Source: Eledone cirrhosa (Eukaryota). Taken from it: a stretch of DNA of 64,000 nt. Under the pieces are notes generated by a model. It saw nothing but the letters and a program-made list of their open reading frames with translations. It made no database searches and was not told the origin of the DNA. This document shows, one piece after another, positions 27,957 through 41,103 of the stretch (within the stretch, counting starts at the first letter, position 1; every line of letters begins with the position of its first letter). The stretch covers positions 280,860,001-280,924,000 of the forward strand of contig OZ024740.1 of assembly GCA_964016885.1 (NCBI GenBank). Direction: 5' to 3'. Both the position numbers and the translations under genes were made by a program.

Positions 27957-28043
27957 ACCTTCTGACGAGAGTTTATCCTTTCAATGGAAGCCCGCAAGGA
28001 CTTTCCATTTATTTTTGAGACTCGAAACCGATTCGGTAAAGGT
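27957..28043 (+). ncRNA. Type I hammerhead ribozyme with extended stem II (second copy)
   Basis: Same as 27471-27557 except one substitution in the stem II internal loop. Confidence 0.92.
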
Positions 28044-28536
28044 AACCATAGTAAGTACAGTGAATCTTTTGAAATTTATTTTGAAACCTTTTCTTATTTG
28101 CTAAACCATGATTATATATATATAGAGAGAGAGACTACTGAACAAAGCCTCACGCAGAAAGATATGCCAGGTCAGATTAGTTACATAATCCTACTTGGGT
28201 ACACTCCTAACTTGCAGATGCAATATATTTGTTGCATCAGAAACCGTAGCGGTCCAGGTAAAATATTTCTTTCTTGCTTTTGCTTTGTAGTGACGTTGTC
28301 GTTGTTATCTATTTTATTCCTATTGTAGTACGCATACTAATGGTATTTATAGCGTTTCCCCTCATTAACGTGTGTGCCTACAGTGATGAAATGAATATAT
28401 GGGTGCAACTCTAATATTTCGGATGGTGTTACCGCGATGCAATTATTAATTCGATGCAGTTTTATAATATATATGTGTACACACACACACACACACACAC
28501 ACTCACTCACACACAGAGACACACGCACGCACGCAA

Positions 28537-28568
<32 letters not shown>

Positions 28569-28986
28569 GATCTTGACAAATAACTATTTTCATTCGTAAA
28601 GAGAAATAATATTACATTTGCAAATGCAATCTCATGAATGAAATGAAGCATAATGGTATCATTCAAATATATCGAATAAGGTCAAAAATTCACACTGTTT
28701 CTGTGAACTTTGTTCCATACTCAGAAATATCCATTAAAGTCTAATTAACCTTAGTAGCTTCAGGTGACACGTAGACATCGTAATGTTCATGTTCTTTAAT
28801 AGCCTTAGCAATTTAAGAGAAGTTATGTATATGATATCACACCAGTCTCTCTTAATCTTCCACATCTATACATCTCTCTCTATGAATATCATCATTGCGA
28901 AACTATCCTTCAACGGCTAAGTGACAACTCATTTTGCCTCACGTTCAACTGTTACACATATTAAGACTCACTCTCATTATGAGAAA

Positions 28987-29148
28987 TTATTGGCGGTGGA
29001 TTGGCAGTATCAGCATAGTTACGTCCCTTTACGATCTGAGTTCAAATCCCGCCGAGGTTGACTTTGCCTTTCATCCTTACGGGGTCGATAAAATAAAGTA
29101 CCAGTAATGCACTGGGTAATTGCTGGCTTTGTGCCTAAAGTAGAAACA
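28987..29148 (+). mobile_element. tRNA-derived SINE
   Basis: A box tggcagtatc, B box gagttcaaatcc, conserved body gcctttcatccttacggggtcgataaaataaagtaccag; TSD attatgagaaa (28976-28986/29149-29159). Confidence 0.9.
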
Positions 29149-31144
29149 ATTATGAGAAAGGATAGTTAGCGCTTTAAAATCACAACAATACTAAACATTG
29201 CAAATTTAGACGATTTCTCATACCGAATTTAAGAAGCCATTATTCCGCAGGTTCATCCGAATCCTTTCCCGTAAATTAACGTGCTGAAGAGGACTCAATA
29301 CTGGAGTTTGAGAAATGGCAATTGGTTTCATTGCAAATAATGAATTATGATTTCATCACATACAGATTTATAAGGATTATAGAGTTGTGGCTACCGAGAG
29401 AAATCAGTAGAAAATGTGAGACAGTATTTATTGCAGATTTGATGTCTTTATTTCTATTCTGTTTTTCGAGCTTGAAAAGCAAATGTAATGCAAGATATTT
29501 AATATTGTTTGTGATCGTGAGTTTGTGTTGTTGAGAGAGGCAATAGTGTTACATCTCTATCGGAGAATTCGTTTGAACTCTTTTCATGAGCATGTCAGAT
29601 ATAAATTTCTTAGTCTGTTTGTGTGTCGCGATTATATGTGGAAAATTAAATACATGTAAAAATGGTTGATTTTCTCTCTTTAGGGGAGAGTGCAGCCAAA
29701 AGAAATAAGAAACAATAATGTACAGAACGAAAAGCGTGTGCATCATAAATGAACCTCAGATCTAATAGACGCCTGCTTTGGAGTGACCTAGCAGGCATGT
29801 TTCAATGCAAAAGATCTGAGAAGAATGGTGTATATTAGTAAACAAACGTGTTAAAAAGTTTTTATACCATAAACGGTTAAAGTCATCCCCCAAGATAAAG
29901 AATAACAGCATCGATTTCTATAATTTTTTCAAACACCAAATCAAGTGACGCGAATCTCAAAGACGAAACTGGTGTGTATACCGATAGAAAAGGATTTAAA
30001 ATGGGTGGTGATAATAAACGTTACTTTAAAGAGTCACTATATTGGAGAGATTTATTGCTAGAACCAATGGGCTTGTTGGCTCGGTGAAAATCTTACTCTT
30101 GGCTACTGTGGTAGTGAGCAACATACAATCAAGAAATAGAATTCAGGAAGGACTTTGTTTTGTGTACAACATTGCTTTAGAAAACAGTGGCAGAAAATAT
30201 AAACGATATATTAGAAGTAAAGGCATCTAATTTGAGATTATTTGAGATGTTGGGAAGTAATATTTTTTAAAGATGGCAGACATCATCCTAGATATGTCAG
30301 AGGCTGAAATTTGGAGGTCAATGTGTTTCTAGTACGTTAGGGTAGACTTACGCTGCCTGGTGGTTGTTTCAAGAGTGTTGCGAAATGTATCTATTATTAT
30401 TGACGGTATGTCGCTCTCTTCAGGAGGTTTTGGATGTGTCCTTTCCTTGTATATTACAGTGTAGATGCATATAAAATGCTTGGTTGTTTCGAAGTTGTTT
30501 GAGGAATGCGTACAGATATATATATAAACAGTTTAAAATAACAAACGTTTTAGTTTCGTGGCAAGCAATATCTAAGTGAAGACAAGGGCGTGAAACAATA
30601 TAATTTAGGTGTATTAATATCATTAATACGTATAGTTGTCACTAATGCATATGAACATCTGCAACCAGCTGCTAATAAATGGTGGAAGAAGTTGAGTTCA
30701 TTAAATAAAGCTGCTTAAATGAAAGTAAGCCTCATAGCATTTAATACGACAAATATTTACAACTTCATAATTTTGTGTTTAATGCGAGTGTTTGAGTAAC
30801 TACCGTTTTCACTTCTACGTCAAATACATAATTAGATTATGTTGTTGCTATAGATTCTTAACAAAGATTCTGAACAAATACATAAAGATATTATTAAGTA
30901 CTTCCATCACTCACTGTATTTATCTGTCTCATCCCCATTTTAATATTTATATTCTATCATTAACTGGTAGTCTCTAAGGTTCTTTATCCGATTTTTATAA
31001 AATATTTCATAGCAACTGACTGGAATTGCAGCTATTTTCTGCGCTTGAGTACCTCACGTTTTATGAATTTATCTCTTCGGCGTTTCGTAATATTTCGAAT
31101 ATTCGAGCTTTACACACGACGCTTGTTTACACAAACACACACAC

Positions 31145-31213
<69 letters not shown>

Positions 31214-31405
31214 AATAGGTAAAATCCGGACCAAGGCGCCTAACCCTAACCTATCTCTATACCCACCCCATGTATTGAGTACTCCCATAATTACTGGTCT
31301 CCTCGGTCTCAACGTATTCAATAGGTAATGTTATGTAAAATCCCAGAGTAGACACATAGTTATTCGTTTCAATACATTACACGTATATGGGTGCCTTCAA
31401 TCTAT

Positions 31406-31518
31406 ACCCGTACTCGAGTTTCGGGTACACTTAATGCAGTAATAGAATGCAGAGCATCTACTGTCTGCATTTATTATGCAACAATGCACAATCGGTGCAT
31501 GTGGCTTCATCAGCGGGT
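31406..31518 (-). ncRNA. Type I hammerhead ribozyme with a branched ~84-nt stem II domain
   Basis: RC acccg CTGATGA [84 nt with hairpins atgcac/gtgcat and aatgcaga/tctgcatt] GAAA ctcgag TA cgggt. Confidence 0.78.
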
Positions 31519-31816
31519 TTCGCCTAATCAATAACCAATCGATCGACAGAATTCGATTCCAGTCCGCGTCGGCTATGACAGTGAATGTGACGGCCGACAC
31601 AGTAAAACATTAGTAAATGAAATCCCTACGCGTCATCACAATGCCGTCAACCGATTGACCACTGGTTCAGAAATTTACGTGACAGTGGGAGATGAAATTC
31701 AAATAATTCCGCTCCCGCCATAAGTACTCAGCCAACTTATCTCATACAGAAATTAACAAGCGAGTGAAATATCGGTTATTAGAGAAAATCACTGTCCAAT
31801 ATATATATATATATAT

Positions 31817-32088
31817 TTCGTTTCTGAATTTGAGAAACAAAATGGCGTAGGACAGAAGAAAGGAAAAGCACAGAAACAAAGAAAGGAATCCCCAGTCACT
31901 GAAGAGGTCACAGAGTGTGTGACGAAAGGACTATGACTATATATAAACAACTATCTGGTTGTGGAACCAACCAACCAACCAGAAATTTATAAGTTTGTAA
32001 ATTTATAAATTTATAAATATATAATAAATTGAAGTGAAAGCAACTGGTGCGTGTGTTTCTTATTGGCAACATGACCCTCCCAAAGTAT

Positions 32089-32095
<7 letters not shown>
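31817..32095 (+). mobile_element. Solo family A pLTR with HHR (31895-31937) and a 15-bp inverted terminus
   Basis: gtca CTGAAGA g gtcaca..tgtgac GAAA ggac TA tgac; tttcgtttctgaatttg is the RC of the pLTR end. Confidence 0.88.
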
Positions 32096-32172
<77 letters not shown>

Positions 32173-32337
32173 TTCATACATGCTTATGCGTGTGTCGAGT
32201 ATTTAGTACATGATGATATTTTTCAAGATGGTTTATAACATCAATATTTCAACATCACACCACAGTATTTGTATGTGTGGAACAATATATTTAGTTGTTT
32301 GTCATTACACCTTTGAAAATGAAGAAACATAATAGAT

Positions 32338-32958
32338 ATAAGTATGTACACGTACATACACATCTGTATACAGACGTACAGTAGTATGTATATATATATA
32401 CATACATGCACACATATATATATGTACGTATGGATTCACCGAACATTTATGCTCGGTGTGTTTGTAAACAAACATCCCGTATTAAGCCGTAGTGTCCAGC
32501 AACCATCGTTGCTCGTTTGTTCAACACTGACAAAGAAACGCTGTACTATTTTCAAGCTTATTAGCAACGTATACCTTCCTGCCAGATTGTTGAACGTATA
32601 TACATATTAACTTATGCATATTAACGGCTGAGTAGCCCAATTTGCATATCGAGTGGGTTAATCGGCCGGGTGCACCGAAACGATAAACGGAAAAAATGAA
32701 ACGAAATTTCATTTCCCACTCTTAGTACAGCTGTTACTTAAATATAAGTATGTACACGTACATACATATATGTATACAGACGTACAGTAGTATGTATATA
32801 TATATATACATACATGCACACATATATATATATGTTCGTATGGATTCACCGAACATTTATTATAATGCTCGGTGTGTTTGCAAACAAACATCCCGTATTA
32901 AGCCGTAGTGTCCAGCAACCATCGTTGCTCGTTTGTTCAACACTGACAAAGGAACGCT
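32338..32958 (-). mobile_element. Retrozyme-like family C, 1.5 head-to-tail units (period 406 bp); HHR core deleted
   Basis: ataagtatg at 32338 and 32744; ...ttagcaacg lacks the tcgtcag core. Confidence 0.88.
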
Positions 32959-33653
32959 CCTTTACGTAATTCTACTGAGGCATACACCCAGCATCTCAAA
33001 TATAATCAATAAGACTTTGCTAATGATGTGTCATCCTTTGAAAACATTACTACCAAATAAAATGAATAATAAAGTTATAATCCAAATTGAATAATTCTTT
33101 GCAACTTCTAGAAGAGTGAAATATTTCCTTTCTTAGTAATAGTGAATGACATTAAATGAATAGTCATGGTTCCTTTTGTCATTCACACCATATTAAATTT
33201 AATTATAAAAGAAATAAAATATTTCTGCGCTACAATTAATAACTCAATCCTATTTGGTTAACTATTAATTTCATTTATTATAATGATAATTTTGGAACTA
33301 TCTTTAAAAAAAACCCGCATTAGATTTCACAGAAGCAACGGCATCTTGTTAGAGAAATGGTATCGATTGATGACAAGTTGTGTGTAAAACAGCTTAAGTT
33401 TCGAGCAAAAATATTTTCATCTTTTGAAATATCTTTCAAAGAAAATCCATTCAAAACCAATATACTTTTCTATATTCAATAATTACATCTGATATGGTAC
33501 GTGGAAATATAAATGGATTTTTTTTATCCGACCTACTCATATACTCCAATGTACCCTGTTAACGCTATAAACTTCTTTTTTATTTGTCATTGGAAAACTA
33601 CTTTAATAGGCTGATGTTGAATCAGTCAGCTATACCCAACTCCAAAATATAAT

Positions 33654-33829
33654 TGTTTCTACTTTTGGCCCAAGGCCAGCAATTATCCAGGGTATTACTG
33701 GTACTTTATTTTATCGACCCCATAAGGATGAAAGGCAAAGTTAACCTCGGCGGGATTTGAACTCAGATCATAAAGGGCCGTAACTCTTTGCTGCAAAGCA
33801 TGGCGTCCGACTCTCTACCGATACTGCCA
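33654..33829 (-). mobile_element. tRNA-derived SINE
   Basis: RC of the 40919 family; TSD tccaaaatataat (33641-33653/33830-33842). Confidence 0.9.
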
Positions 33830-34782
33830 TCCAAAATATAATGATGTTGTACTCGGCCAATATTCCATCAAAAGAGAATGTCAATAACACCAATCCAAGG
33901 CCAATCGTTGATCACTGTGTTATCATTTATTACTTTATCTTCAAGTCCTATGAGCCATTCAGTTCAATTACGCTTATGCTTAAGTGGTTTTCTCTTGACA
34001 GTATTTTGAAGGCTTTGTAATTGAGATTCTGAGTAAAAAGAATGTGTTAAATGAACATATCTCCTGTTTAAAATAGGAGACAATATTGCTTGTGTCAACG
34101 TTGTATTCCAAAATTCCAATAATCGATTAATCAATTCGAAAGCTTCCAATTACGAAGTGGAATTGAGGGGATAAACGGAAAGCAAAAGAATGTTTACAGA
34201 TCGTACAGCGAAATTTCAGATTTAAATCAGTTTTATTATCGGAGTTATAAAAGATTGAATATTTAAACATTTTATATTTTGATATTTAATGTATATCTTT
34301 TATTGAATTTCTGTAGCATATTAATTTTAACTAAATGATACGCTAACTCTACGGGAGTCTGATTAAAAATGTATGGTATTTATGATACTATAAATCGGTT
34401 CATATTCAAAGAAAGCCATTACATAACATTTAACCTTATTTGTAAAATACACCACATTTATTTTCATTAGTTTCCTGACGAGTTCTATAAGTATGTTTCA
34501 ATTGTAAATGGATAATGTTTTTTGTTATTCTTGACGTTGAAATTTCAAAGTTTATATTTATTTTCATCAATTTCTTCGATATTTACAATTATGGTAATTT
34601 GTATATAAATGTAATTTAATATACATACAAATAATAAATACACGTAAAATACTCTATGAGGTACATATAAATATTGGGTACTGAAAGTACCCAATAAAAA
34701 TGTCGAAATTAATTGTATTAAATAGATCTATGACCATGGACATGTAAATAACAGAAAAAAAAACTGGCATATCCTATATTAC

Positions 34783-34977
34783 CTTAACTCTAGGATATGT
34801 GTAGAAAGTGCAGGAACACAGATTTCATATGCTAGGAAGTAGATAACTGAATATTGGTGGAACGGTTCTATATAAACACCGGGCTGGTTGCCATAGGTCG
34901 GCACAAAATGAGCGGAGCTGGAGTAGATCAGGGAACGAACGTAATATATGCGTGGATACAACACTCCAAATCCCTGA
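34783..34977 (-). CDS. Candidate internal coding exon of an unidentified host gene (195 nt, phase 2-2)
   Basis: tttttaaacag acceptor; open frame QGFGVLYPRIYYVRSL...HILEL; AG|gtaata donor; GC-richer than flanks; no recognised homology. Confidence 0.4.
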
Positions 34978-35552
34978 CTGTTTAAAAACGACTAAACTAT
35001 TTGTGAATCTATTATCTTCTTATATTGCTCTCGAATTTATATCTTATTCAATTGAGGATTTCAGAAGGTTATAAAAAGGCTTTGGAAGGGAGATATTTAT
35101 TACGTTCATTCCATTTTTAAACGAAGTTAAGAAAGCAGATATTTGTATGTCATGTTTGTTCAATTCCCGGCCATTCCTTCGTTTCTTTTTGTGTATGCTC
35201 ATGGTAGCTCGGTGTTTTGTACAGAACAGTAACACCAATATTGGGTTCAATTGATGAGATTTGGAAAGTAATATATAGATATCTGTTTTCTTCAAAATAT
35301 TTCGGTTTCCTTCATTCAAATACTATGATATAGAAGTCAAATATGCACTTATAACAATAAGAAAAGTTGCCGTAGTACTGGTATGTCATTTTTATTTTCT
35401 AATTCTACAGTGAAAACAACTCACTTATTTACTGCTAAATTATTAACAGTGTAACAAATTGGATTGCTATATGCTTTGTATGCTTAAAACCTGTTTATTT
35501 ATTCTTGAAAGAGAATCCCAAATGAAGTATTATCATTATATATATATATAAT

Positions 35553-35737
35553 GGGCGGTGGATTGGCAGTATCGGTAGAAGGTCGGACGCCATGCTTTGC
35601 GCATAGATTTACGATCCTTGCCATTCTGAGTTCAAATCTCGCCGAGGTTAACTTTGCCTTTCATCCTTACGGGGTCGATAAAATAAAGTACCAGTAATGC
35701 ACTGGGTAATTGCTGGCCTAGTGCCAAAGGTAGAAAC

Positions 35738-35741
<4 letters not shown>
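35553..35741 (+). mobile_element. tRNA-derived SINE
   Basis: Full copy of the same family as 28987 and 40919. Confidence 0.9.
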
Positions 35742-35794
<53 letters not shown>

Positions 35795-35827
35795 TATACA
35801 TATATGTATATATATATGTATATATAT

Positions 35828-36437
35828 GTCAGGTCACCAGTTGGTGCTACTGGTAACATGTATTCCAGTACAACCTGTCCCATGGTCGGGTTGTTGGCGA
35901 CTAAACTGGCAACCCCACCAAGGTTTCTTGGTGAGGAGGGTGACTTTGGACATCCTGCAGGACTAAAAACAAAACCTGTCAAAGGGCAAAGGAGCTCTTA
36001 AGAGTCAATGGCCATCCAAAATCACCGGGAGAGATGACCCCTTAGCCTTTATTAAGGCAGAATTCTAGGAGAAGGAAAACTCTGATATAACACCTGCAAC
36101 CCTGATGGTATCCAATGATGTTGACTTGTTCTTCTTTTTGGTAAATATCATCTTGGTTAAGAGAGTGGGACTGGTTTTGTGCAGTGCCTTTGCTCACTAT
36201 AAAAGCTTCACGGCACAGGCATTGCTTTATATCTGGAGATCTCTCTGCTCTTGTCGTCACATGGTACCAAGGGCCTAGCACTATGTGTAAATAATTGTCA
36301 CAAGTGTAGTGTTTGTACCAGAGTTTTCAAGTCGCTGGCTGGACTAACAAGTCACACTCGTTCAGCGCATCGGTAGGGGTTCTCCTACATGGGTATAAAG
36401 TAGTGGCCGTACTCGAAAACGAGTTGGCAGCCACCAT
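35828..36437 (+). mobile_element. Non-autonomous RTE-derived element (5' UTR-like part + 3' tail)
   Basis: gtcaggtcac..ggtgctactggtaacatg..ggcgactaaac..ggacatcctgc..ggccatccaaa..ctaggagaaggaaaactctg; homologues at 38790-39079 and 42035-42390. Confidence 0.6.
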
Positions 36438-36505
36438 ATATATATATACTATATATATACTATATATACATATATATACATATATATATATATATACATA
36501 TATGT

Positions 36506-36536
<31 letters not shown>

Positions 36537-36545
36537 TGTATATAC

Positions 36546-36580
<35 letters not shown>

Positions 36581-36663
36581 CATATATATACACACATATA
36601 CATATACACATATATATATGTGAGTGAGAAAGAGAGAGAGGAAGGAAAGAGGGCGAGAGTGAG

Positions 36664-36695
<32 letters not shown>

Positions 36696-38540
36696 TGAGA
36701 GAGTGAGAGAGATACAGAGTTAGAGAGAGTAGTGAGAGAGAGAGAGAGAGAGAGAGAAATTAAAGAGAAACTATTTATGCACTCGATAACTTGAACATTT
36801 TTACTCCTGCCTATTAGAAAACATAGAACTGTCAATTATGACTGGTAAATTAACATAACCAAAAGGTATTGTTTGTGCCTGTGTAAAAAAGTTCATACTT
36901 GAACATCAAGCTAGCTATATGAAATATTCAGGTCTTTACGTTTAAAAGAAGGCAATTGCAAATCATAGAATGTTTCTATAGTAAGAGGAAATGAGTTTTT
37001 GCCCTTATTTGAAAATGACAAACCACTTTCTCGTTTTGATCGAAAAAACTATATGAAATATATTGTAAACGTTCTAAATCAAAAGTAAAAGCATCTCAAA
37101 TATATTAGCCGCGCATTTCCGGATTTTGCTGAAGTAGAATTAACAATTTGGATTTTTTATTAATCTCAAATTAAAGAATTGATAACTGAACAATGCTGAG
37201 AAAAGTACACGTGAACTTTTGAACGGAGCTTTGCCGAATGTTTAAGAAGTTAGTTTAGCAATTCAATCCAACTGCGCGGCATATTAAGCAAGTGTCATTT
37301 ACCACAGTCCCGAGTCATGTGTGTGAAATTGGATAGATGGAAAATATTTGTAAGCAAGTTGGATGGACTGTACCTGTAATTCAAAGAGATAGAGCCACCC
37401 TTATCACGCACTATGTCATGCTGAATCTTCCTGCAAATTATGTTAAGGATATACATGTCTGAGGAATGTTTAGGTCCATATGTTAATTTCACGAGCAGAC
37501 TGTTCTGAAAGAGTCCATTCCGCTCCATTTGACATCTGAATTTGGATCAGATGCCTGTCTAGCATTTAAATAAGAAAAAAGTGATCCCAGAAGGAAAAAA
37601 AAATCAGTTGAGTCAATGGCAGATAGATACTGATTGAGCAATGTAAAAACATTTTAGCGAATTATTATTTGGCTTGTAGTTGGAGAAGAAAAAAACTAGT
37701 GAGGATTGAAAAAAAAAAGAAAAAGCTCAGGTAATTTAATGAAATTGAGTATTCATGTCACAGAAAATTTAATTTCTATGCTTAGGGAAAATTGCAGGCA
37801 AAATAATAGTTATAACATTATATGCCACGTCACTCTTAAAATATTCCGTACATACACATCATCCGCATACAAACTAGACACCTCGTTTGAGATTCACACT
37901 ATAAGTATGACATCCAAATAATTTTCCCCAATCGCAATAAATTCTACTTATCATTGAAATAATCTCGCAGCATTGCATCCTTTCTACGCACTAACCACCT
38001 ACGTCCAAATACATTGCAAACACTAAAGATGTTTTAAATTTCATGATTTAGCAAGAGGACAATACATATATGCCTATATATTTAAATGAATCCCAAAGAT
38101 TATACTTTCTCAAACTAACTCTTCCTTAATTAGTTGTTGAACGACTACAAACCACAACTCCAACCCAAATTCTAGGTCAATGCTGTTGCTACTCACGATG
38201 ACATCCTACATTTCCTTGAAAGTGGTGTATTAATTTATTCCATAAGGATTACTGTTCAGCATACTAAATCATTAGACTGTAGATGCTTTATTTTCTGTCT
38301 ATATAATCTCTACCAGCACACTAATAATGTCTGCAAACATTATGTTAGCTTTCCCCTACTTTCCTCGATTTTACAAATATGTAAAAGGCAATAATAATAT
38401 CATCGACTGACTTCGGTACTTACTCCCACATGCTTTTCTCGTGCAAAAAAAAACAAAAAACGTTTCTTCCTTTTTTTGCTGTTGTTTCTCTGCCTTGAGT
38501 TTTCGAACATATATTTATATTCACACATACATACATACAT

Positions 38541-39079
38541 GATGGCTTCAAATTCTGCTAAGAGTATTGCAATCGCTTGTCAGATTACAAAGTTTGGTAC
38601 ACTTTTAGGCTACGGCCAGCCACACGAACCTGAAACATATCCTGAACAAGCAATGCCTGTGCTTTGAAGGCAACGAAACCACTACCACTGCTGTCTGAGC
38701 AACGAAAACACTACCAGAAAAGGAGACCTGGTCAACGAAACCACTACCACTGCTCTCTGAGCAACGAAAACACTACCATCATCGGTTACTTCCGAAGCCG
38801 CAGGTTTTTTTCAGAGATTCCCTTTCCTAGAAAGGTGTTGTGACAACAACTGGAGGCCTTTCTCTCGAAGGAAAAAAAAGAACTATTTGGATGGCCGTTT
38901 ACTCTGCTGAGTTCCTCCGCCTTTTGCCGGGTCTTCTATTACATCCCGCAGGGTGTCCAAATATTATCCTCCTCACCAAGCTAGCTTGGTGGGGTTGCCG
39001 GTTTAGTCGCCGACGACTCGGCCATCAGACAGGTTGTACTAGGTTACATGTTACCAGTAGCACCCGAGAGTGACCTGAC
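38541..39079 (-). mobile_element. Non-autonomous RTE-derived element sharing its 3' tail with the LINE at 1589
   Basis: ctgc.aagagtattgcaatcgcttgt.agatt shared with 1602-1632; head matches 35828. Confidence 0.65.
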
Positions 39080-39202
39080 ATACATATATACGTGCATACA
39101 CACACATACATACAAGAGCCGGATAGTAACACTGAAGTAACATCTTCAACAGAAGAAAAAAGTCAGAACCATCTTGCCCAGGTTTATGAGCATGAAGGAA
39201 AT

Positions 39203-39265
39203 AATTGTTTCTACTTTTGGCACAAGGCCAGAAATTAAGCCAGTGTATTACTGGTACTTTATTTT
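39203..39265 (-). mobile_element. SINE 3' fragment
   Basis: aattgtttctacttttggcacaaggccag..ctggtactttatttt. Confidence 0.75.
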
Positions 39266-39304
39266 AATATATGGGCCTAAACATTCCTCATAGAGGGGAT
39301 AAAT

Positions 39305-39555
39305 CATTCAAAAAGCCTGGCATGGAGTTCTGACAAATTTATGACATCCCACCTCGAAGGATATCTCTATGCAATAGAGGAACAAGTAATCCCTACCATA
39401 TAGGAGGAGGGCCATCAGTCGGCAATAAATATAGGCTATGTAAAACAAAGATCGAAGATGTTAACCAGTGTTGCTAACTGCGAAAGAATGTCGTCTCGCT
39501 GCTACCTCCGTATGGGACATGATGTGATAGATAGAAGCATCTGGAAGGCACTTAG
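39305..39555 (+). pseudogene. Relic of an RLE-type (R4/Dong-like) non-LTR retrotransposon C-terminal region
   Basis: KSLAWSSDKFMTSHLEGYLYAIEEQVIPT ... RLCKTKIEDVN ... NCERMSSRCYL..HDVI.RSIWKAL (CCHC + RHD motif region). Confidence 0.7.
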
Positions 39556-39584
39556 GCAAACAAAATTTAAAAAAAAATTGTAAA

Positions 39585-40282
39585 TAGTCGTTTACAATAC
39601 AAACACGGATATGTTGGTATTTGTGTTTATCAAATATATTAATTTATATTAGCTTGTATTACACGGCTCGGAAAATTTCTTTGAGCTATTTCATTGTAAA
39701 GGACTGCCTGAGGTTTGAACTCATTATTAATAGTATCACTGCTCCTTACGTAGAGCTAAATTTAGCCCCATATAAACGGCTGTTATTTCTAGCAGCACGA
39801 GTATGGGGTGGCTAGACACTGGATAACCGTATGTGAAAAACCATGTGCGTTAAACAGTCTTTTAAAATATTTTGAAGTGGAACATACCAATTTTTCTGGT
39901 GCTTGCTGAGGAGATAGAAATGCGGTATTCTTTCACTTTTTTCATTTTTCTAAACATATTTGGATTTTAAGGTTTAAACCTGTCTACGAAACAGGTTTGA
40001 TTTTGAAATTTAAATTTGTCCAAGCATCACGGCCATTTGCCAATATGCTTTGTTTTTATTGATTTATTATTTTAAATCGAGACAGGCAAACTGTATTATT
40101 ATAATTAGTATTTTTCAATCTAGCTAACTTTAGTCGTTTACAATACAAACACGGATATGTTGGTATTTGTGTTTATCAAATATATTAATTTATATTAGCT
40201 TGTATTACACGACTCGGAAATATTTCTTTGAGCTATTTCATTGTAAAGGACTGCCTGAGGTTTGAATTCATTATTAATAGTA
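39585..40282. repeat. ~150-bp direct repeats at 546-bp spacing, ending in (TA)n
   Basis: 39585-39735 is nearly identical to 40131-40282. Confidence 0.9.
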
Positions 40283-40304
40283 TATATATATATAAATAGG
40301 GAGA

Positions 40305-40335
<31 letters not shown>

Positions 40336-40622
40336 AATAGTGAGAAAAAGATATTTTTCTTCCTAACAATCGTTTTTTCTCCCTATTTACATATATATAT
40401 ATATTCCAACTCGTGTGCTCCTTCTCCACATTTTATAATTATTATATATATAATATATTTGAAAAGGGAAGTAAGGTTCTATACAAAACAATTATTATAG
40501 ATTTCATTTTTCTAGTCTCCTTCTCAACAGGGAAGATGAAAAAACTTGCCTCAACTCTTAAATTTAAATCTTTAATTTTTAATTTTTAATTCTTATTAAT
40601 TCTTTTTAATTGTAATACTGAA

Positions 40623-40666
40623 CATTTGATAAGATGAATTTTACTATTACATCGAAACCGGTTATA
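40623..40666 (+). ncRNA. Hammerhead motif, U3-A8 variant, weak stem I
   Basis: at TTGATAA gatg aattttactatta catc GAAA ccgg TT at. Confidence 0.6.
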
Positions 40667-40788
40667 ATTTATATATTTTATATACATTATAAAAATGTTT
40701 TTAAAATGTCACCTTGACGAATAAAAGAAGGAAAAAAAAAAAGAAAAAAGATCCTTAAGTATATTTTCCGCACTATTTCCAATTACAC

Positions 40789-40856
<68 letters not shown>

Positions 40857-40918
40857 ATATATATATATATATATATATTTCTTTTTGTTTTAATTTTATT
40901 ATTTATTATTTGATTTAA

Positions 40919-41103
40919 GGGTGGTGGATTGGCAGTATCGGTAGAGGGTCGGACGCCATGCTTTCCAGCATAGTTACGTCCCTTTACAATCTGAGTTCAA
41001 ATCCCGCCGAGGTTGACTTTGCCTTTCATCCTTACGGGGTCGATAAAATAAAGTACCAGTAATGCACTGGGTAATTGCTGGCCTTGTACCTAAAGTAGAA
41101 ACA
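40919..41103 (+). mobile_element. tRNA-derived SINE inserted into a pLTR
   Basis: 17-bp TSD attatttattatttgat (40898-40914/41104-41120). Confidence 0.92.

Larger units (their letters stand above)
27402..28119 (+). mobile_element. Non-coding double-hammerhead retrozyme-like element (486-bp period) with 5' inverted segment
   Basis: Direct repeats 27461-27633 / 27947-28119; 27402-27457 is the RC of 27677-27733; (TA)n flanks. Confidence 0.88.

Noticed and set aside
29284-29325. CTGAAGA-gactc/gagtt-GAAA hammerhead-like motif
   Set aside because: No stem I or III and no repeat context
24603-31252. ccctaa telomere-like hexamers at 24603 and 31239
   Set aside because: Only one or two units each; not telomeric arrays
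38670-38780. Short spaced repeats (caacgaaa.cactacca) resembling a CRISPR array
   Set aside because: Simple tandem duplication in a eukaryotic repeat; no unique spacers or cas genes
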